Assembly: GCF_963506605.1 (NCBI RefSeq) | Contig: NC_083290.1 | Span: forward strand, 26,040,001 to 26,104,000 | Origin: Zootoca vivipara | Lineage: Eukaryota | DNA length: 64,000 nucleotides | Direction: 5' to 3' | Part shown: positions 59,901 to 64,000 of the stretch, one piece after another | Position numbering within the stretch: position 1 is the first letter of the stretch | Layout of the letters: every line of letters starts with the position of its first letter | Notes under the pieces: generated by a model | The model's input: only the letters and a program-made list of their open reading frames with translations | Database searches by the model: none | What the model was told of the DNA's origin: nothing | Program-made: the position numbers and the translations under genes

Positions 59901-61024
59901 ACACAAACTGGTTCTTCTGTCTATCTAGTTGACGGAACAAAAATGGAACATGTGAAAGTTGTCTTCCAGCCATATCATTTGATGCAATTGGATAAGCAAG
60001 GCCTCAGACTTTTTTAAAAAAAATTCTGCACATGAAGTAACAGCAATAAGCACTGTCCTCAAATGAGCTTCACTGTACAAAGCCAGTATTTTATCTCTGG
60101 TTGCCCAGGGGAACGCTAAGAAGCTTGCAGATGGGTCTAGTATTACACGCCTGGTTTTAGAGGTGCAATGTATTTAACCAATAATCAAATGCTCTGCAGG
60201 GAAAGGGAAATAATAACAGCAATTTTGCCTGTTTAGCAGGCGCTAAATAGATGACATGTGAACATTTAAAGTGCTTCAAGATGATCTACCTGAAGAATTT
60301 ATTTTTATTATTTGCTCTGGTTTTATATCAGGCAGACACACCTTCTTGGCTTCTGGTTCCTGTTTATTTCCAACAATTGGAATGAGATCAGACCAGAAAT
60401 GGGTGTATGTAGTTACTCAAGTGGTTTTGCCTGACTTATTGAACAAGAATCCTGACAATCTCGTTTCACTTTTAATAGACTGGTTCTCAAGGTAGCAGGA
60501 ATACATAAAGCACCTCAAATTCAAGAGGTGAAAACAACACTTTCTGAAAACTTTTTTGATGATTTGACAAGGTTTACTCAGGAGTTTGAATTTTGAATAT
60601 CAGGATGCATGATAACAAGCCTTTAGTCACCTTTAGTTAAGTATTCAGCTGGCGCTAAGATACAGCATTGGTTGCTTAGTGAAAGTTTAATGCCACAGAA
60701 GACAAAGAGCTGGAGAAACTGAAGTTTGAAAACAGTTTCCCGGGCTTCCAATAAACAACCAAAACTGATAGCTATTTAATTGATTTTCACAAGTGTTGTA
60801 ACTTCTTGGTGATAAACCACATCTTCAGCTGGAGCTAACCTATGATGCCATCAAATATTAAAAAAACAGAGTATTATTGTTGCTAGACTCCTTGGACATA
60901 CACTTAAATTGGCATTGAATATTTCAGTTTCTTATCTTCAAACAAATTTTTTTAGTGCTTTCCCTATGTTTAAACAAACTGCATCCAGAGGAAGTGCAAG
61001 GTATCGCTCACTTGTGGCTTAGTA

Positions 61025-61318
61025 CAGGGGTCAGCAACCTAAGGCCCATGGGGGGTTGTTTAACTGGCCCATGGCCCCCTGCTCAGTCAGCTCCCGTGCA
61101 CCGCACTAAACTGGTGCGGAGCAGAGTGGGGACCGCCTTCCGCGAGGCTGGCCTGCTTCCCATTGGCTGCAGGAAGCTCCTGCAGCCAATGGGAAGCTGT
61201 GCATGCCTCCTCCGCACTGGACGGAGTGCTGGAAATAGCATTTGCACGTGCGTGCCAGTCCACCGTGGCATCTGTGGGACCGTGAACCAGCCCAAGCCAC
61301 AAAAACTGCTGACCCCTG
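61025..61318. mobile_element. hAT MITE
   Basis: TIR CAGGGGTCAGCA/TGCTGACCCCTG; perfect 8-bp TSD GCTTAGTA. Confidence 0.9.
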
Positions 61319-63256
61319 GCTTAGTACCATCTAAATTATGTTAATTACATGTCAATCTAGACATGCAGATCAGCTGTAGCTCAGGAAATGTGACCTCAGT
61401 GCTACACAGGGCCATGCATCCATGCATCAAACTGTCCTTCAGTGGGTTAATTTTAGCTTGCCAGCCAGCTGTATAAATGCCTAAGTTTCATACTGCACTT
61501 CAGACAATTTTGTTCTTGATCCCGGTAGGATACAGTTAATTAATAAAATCATATATTTATTACAGTGGGAACAGCTGGAGAAGGCAGAAGTCAATATGTT
61601 TTGCTATTAAAAAATATTTGGTCTTGCTCATGCATGCATTGAATAATGGATAAAAGTTGAGCTTTATCCAAGTCGTTAAATGGCCATAAGATGAATTAGG
61701 TCAGTTCTGAACTAGCTTATACTGGCAAAAGGTAGCACTGAGCAGCTTGTCACTCTGTTAAATATTATATGAAGGAAAGCTATTCCTATTTTCAGCACAA
61801 GCAAAGCTGAAAAGCAGAAAAAGAATCTGTATATATCCTGAATTATTCTTATTTTATTGTAATGATTTGTATAATGAACAGTATAACTAAATGTGTTTTA
61901 CTAAAAGGAAACTTTATGCAAACACCTCTGTGGATACTGTCTTTGAATGGGATTTTTCCTCCACCAGCATTTGTTCATAAAAATATTGGAAATAGTTAAT
62001 GGAGAACTTCCTGGCTCCTGGGTTTAGGGGCTGCACATTTTATTATTGCAAATAAATATTTTTTTATAGTTAACACTGGAGATTGCTCTGGTTTCTGATT
62101 GCTGTTTCTGATTGCTCTTTACCATCTTAACAATGTATATGATTTTATTTGATCAAGACATATTGATCAGAACTGCTTTTTCCATCCTGGGCTTATCTTG
62201 AGTCACGTCTCATTAGAGTTGAGTCCCAGAATCTGTTCTGAATGCAAATGTTCATTTGCGAAAGATGTCAAGCAATAATAAGAATAAGAGGTCCTCTGGG
62301 TGTATAGGAAGTGTATTAATCTTACAACAAAGTCATCTGAATTGATCCCTAACCATCTGGGCACTGACTTGTCAGAATACAGGTGTGTACGCATTGCCAG
62401 TTTAAAACACAGCTAGTTCATTCTTTTTCTCAATTCGGGTTGACAAAGTCTTTCACATGAAATGACAATATAGATGCTGCATAGATATGGACTGTGGCTA
62501 ATGCTGTGTGTACACTGCATCCCAAAACAGTGGTGGGAGTACACTGAATGCATAATACACAAGAGTGCTATATAGCCTATTGTTCAATATACAGGGCGAG
62601 TCCTTTAAAAGACACCCTGTAGTTTAAGACTAGTCTTCATGTGTGTCACCAAAAAAGAGAGATCAGACTTGCGTAATTTATTCTATTTCAAAAAACCAGG
62701 ACAAGCCTGGGTGGTGGTTTTTTTGTCTTTTTTAAATAAAGATTTTTATTGGTTTTACAATAATTGATACATTATGGTTGTTGAACTTTTTTTCATGAAG
62801 GCATCCATTCCGCCTTTAAATACATGGTACTATCCAGGAAAATCCTATTTATTACATACACACATTTTAATTAAATGACTATAATTTAAATCCATCTCAC
62901 CATAGTAGGGAAGACTGTGGCCAGGTGGCCTGTGTGCCTGCTTAGTCTGCTGTCCAGAAGCTAACCACTGATGAACAACTTCATGTTGCTCTCCTAAAAC
63001 CAGACTTGGACCAGAAAGACCCCTTCTAATACAATACTGTCCTATGTAAAAGATGCACCTCTTCACCCTGGCCTCTGTCACTTGGGGGACACACACACAC
63101 ACACAGACACACACACACACACCATTTATCCTGGAAAGTAAAAAAAAAGGCATCAGAGTTCAAAGACACTTTGCACCCAGGGGGGAAAAAACAGGGATGG
63201 TTCCTCTGCCCCCAATTTCCTCTTCTCCCTATTTTTCTTCACATTTACTTTACTTT

Positions 63257-63320
63257 CCTCCTCCTCCTCCTCCTCCTCCTCCTCCTCCTCCTCCTCCTCC
63301 TCCTCCTCCTCCTCCTCCTC
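63257..63320. repeat. (CCT)n microsatellite
   Basis: Visible. Confidence 0.95.
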
Positions 63321-64000
63321 CAAATACTTCTTTGTTTAGTGTCTGGAGATAATAACTGTGGTTGGCTATGTAAGACACTAATGAAAAGACATAATTTTAA
63401 TTGGGAGGAAGATTTACAGAGGATTTGAAATGGCAAGGGGCTGCATAAAAGTGAGGCGGTGGAAAGTTAGAGAATTATATGGGGGATGGAAAATTATGCA
63501 CCTACAGTATATGTTTGTAGTGCATTAATCTGCTTAAACCTCTCCATTTCTCATATCTGAGATTATTTTCTTGTGGCTACTTCTCTGTGGAACTCTTTAC
63601 CTTGAAATATTCTAGTGGCTTCCTCTTGATACTTCTTTTAAGCTTTATTCACTCTTGCATTTCCCTCTTGTGCTGTTTGCTTTTGTTTATTTCCTAATGC
63701 TGGGTTAATAATTATATCATCTTTCTTTCCTTCTTTCTGTCTTCCTCAGCTTGCACAAAGTTTCCCTTCTGTACAACTTTATGTGTTAAGAGTGTGAGTT
63801 TGCACACAGAGCAATTCCTTTGCATGTCTGCTCAGAAGTAAGATTAAGCAGGGCTAATTTTCAGGTAACTCAGAATATGGATTGCAGCTATTTTTCTTTT
63901 ATTTCTGGAAGCTGCAGTCTATATACATACACAACCTTACACATGCTTTACTAAGAAATAAACAACTCTAAGGTCAGTGGGGCCAGGTAGCGAACTGTAT

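Noticed and set aside
63053-63436. Poly-Pro/Leu/Arg ORFs
   Set aside because: Translations of a (CCT)n microsatellite.

Overview
Vertebrate genomic DNA. The Sauria/Squam1-type SINEs and BovB LINEs point to a squamate, probably a lizard (inference). The window holds the conserved gene block syntenic with human 11q23.1: ALG9 exon 1 (-), FDXACB1 (-, 5 coding exons, 629 aa), CFAP68/C11orf1 (+, 3 coding exons, 156 aa), CRYAB (-, 3 exons, 174 aa), HSPB2 (+, 2 exons, 178 aa) and C11orf52 (+, 4 exons, 125 aa). All coding exons were assembled by eye from GT-AG junctions with consistent phases. The most striking structure is an apparently intact, very young Ty3/Gypsy (Mag-like) LTR retrotransposon at 27068-32028. 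It has identical 376-bp LTRs, an ATGGG target-site duplication, a tRNA-Ser(GCT) primer site and a single 1356-aa gag-pol ORF. It sits between the head-to-head CRYAB and HSPB2 genes, and an inverted solo LTR of the same family lies in CRYAB intron 1. Other leads: C11orf52 reads as a lipid-anchored ITIM/ITSM-type phosphotyrosine adaptor, FDXACB1 as an orphan RNA methyltransferase fused to a tRNA-binding module, and CRYAB has a degenerate heat-shock element. There are also RFX X-box elements and nested transposon insertions. No database searches were run; homology calls rest on recognition of protein motifs and synteny.
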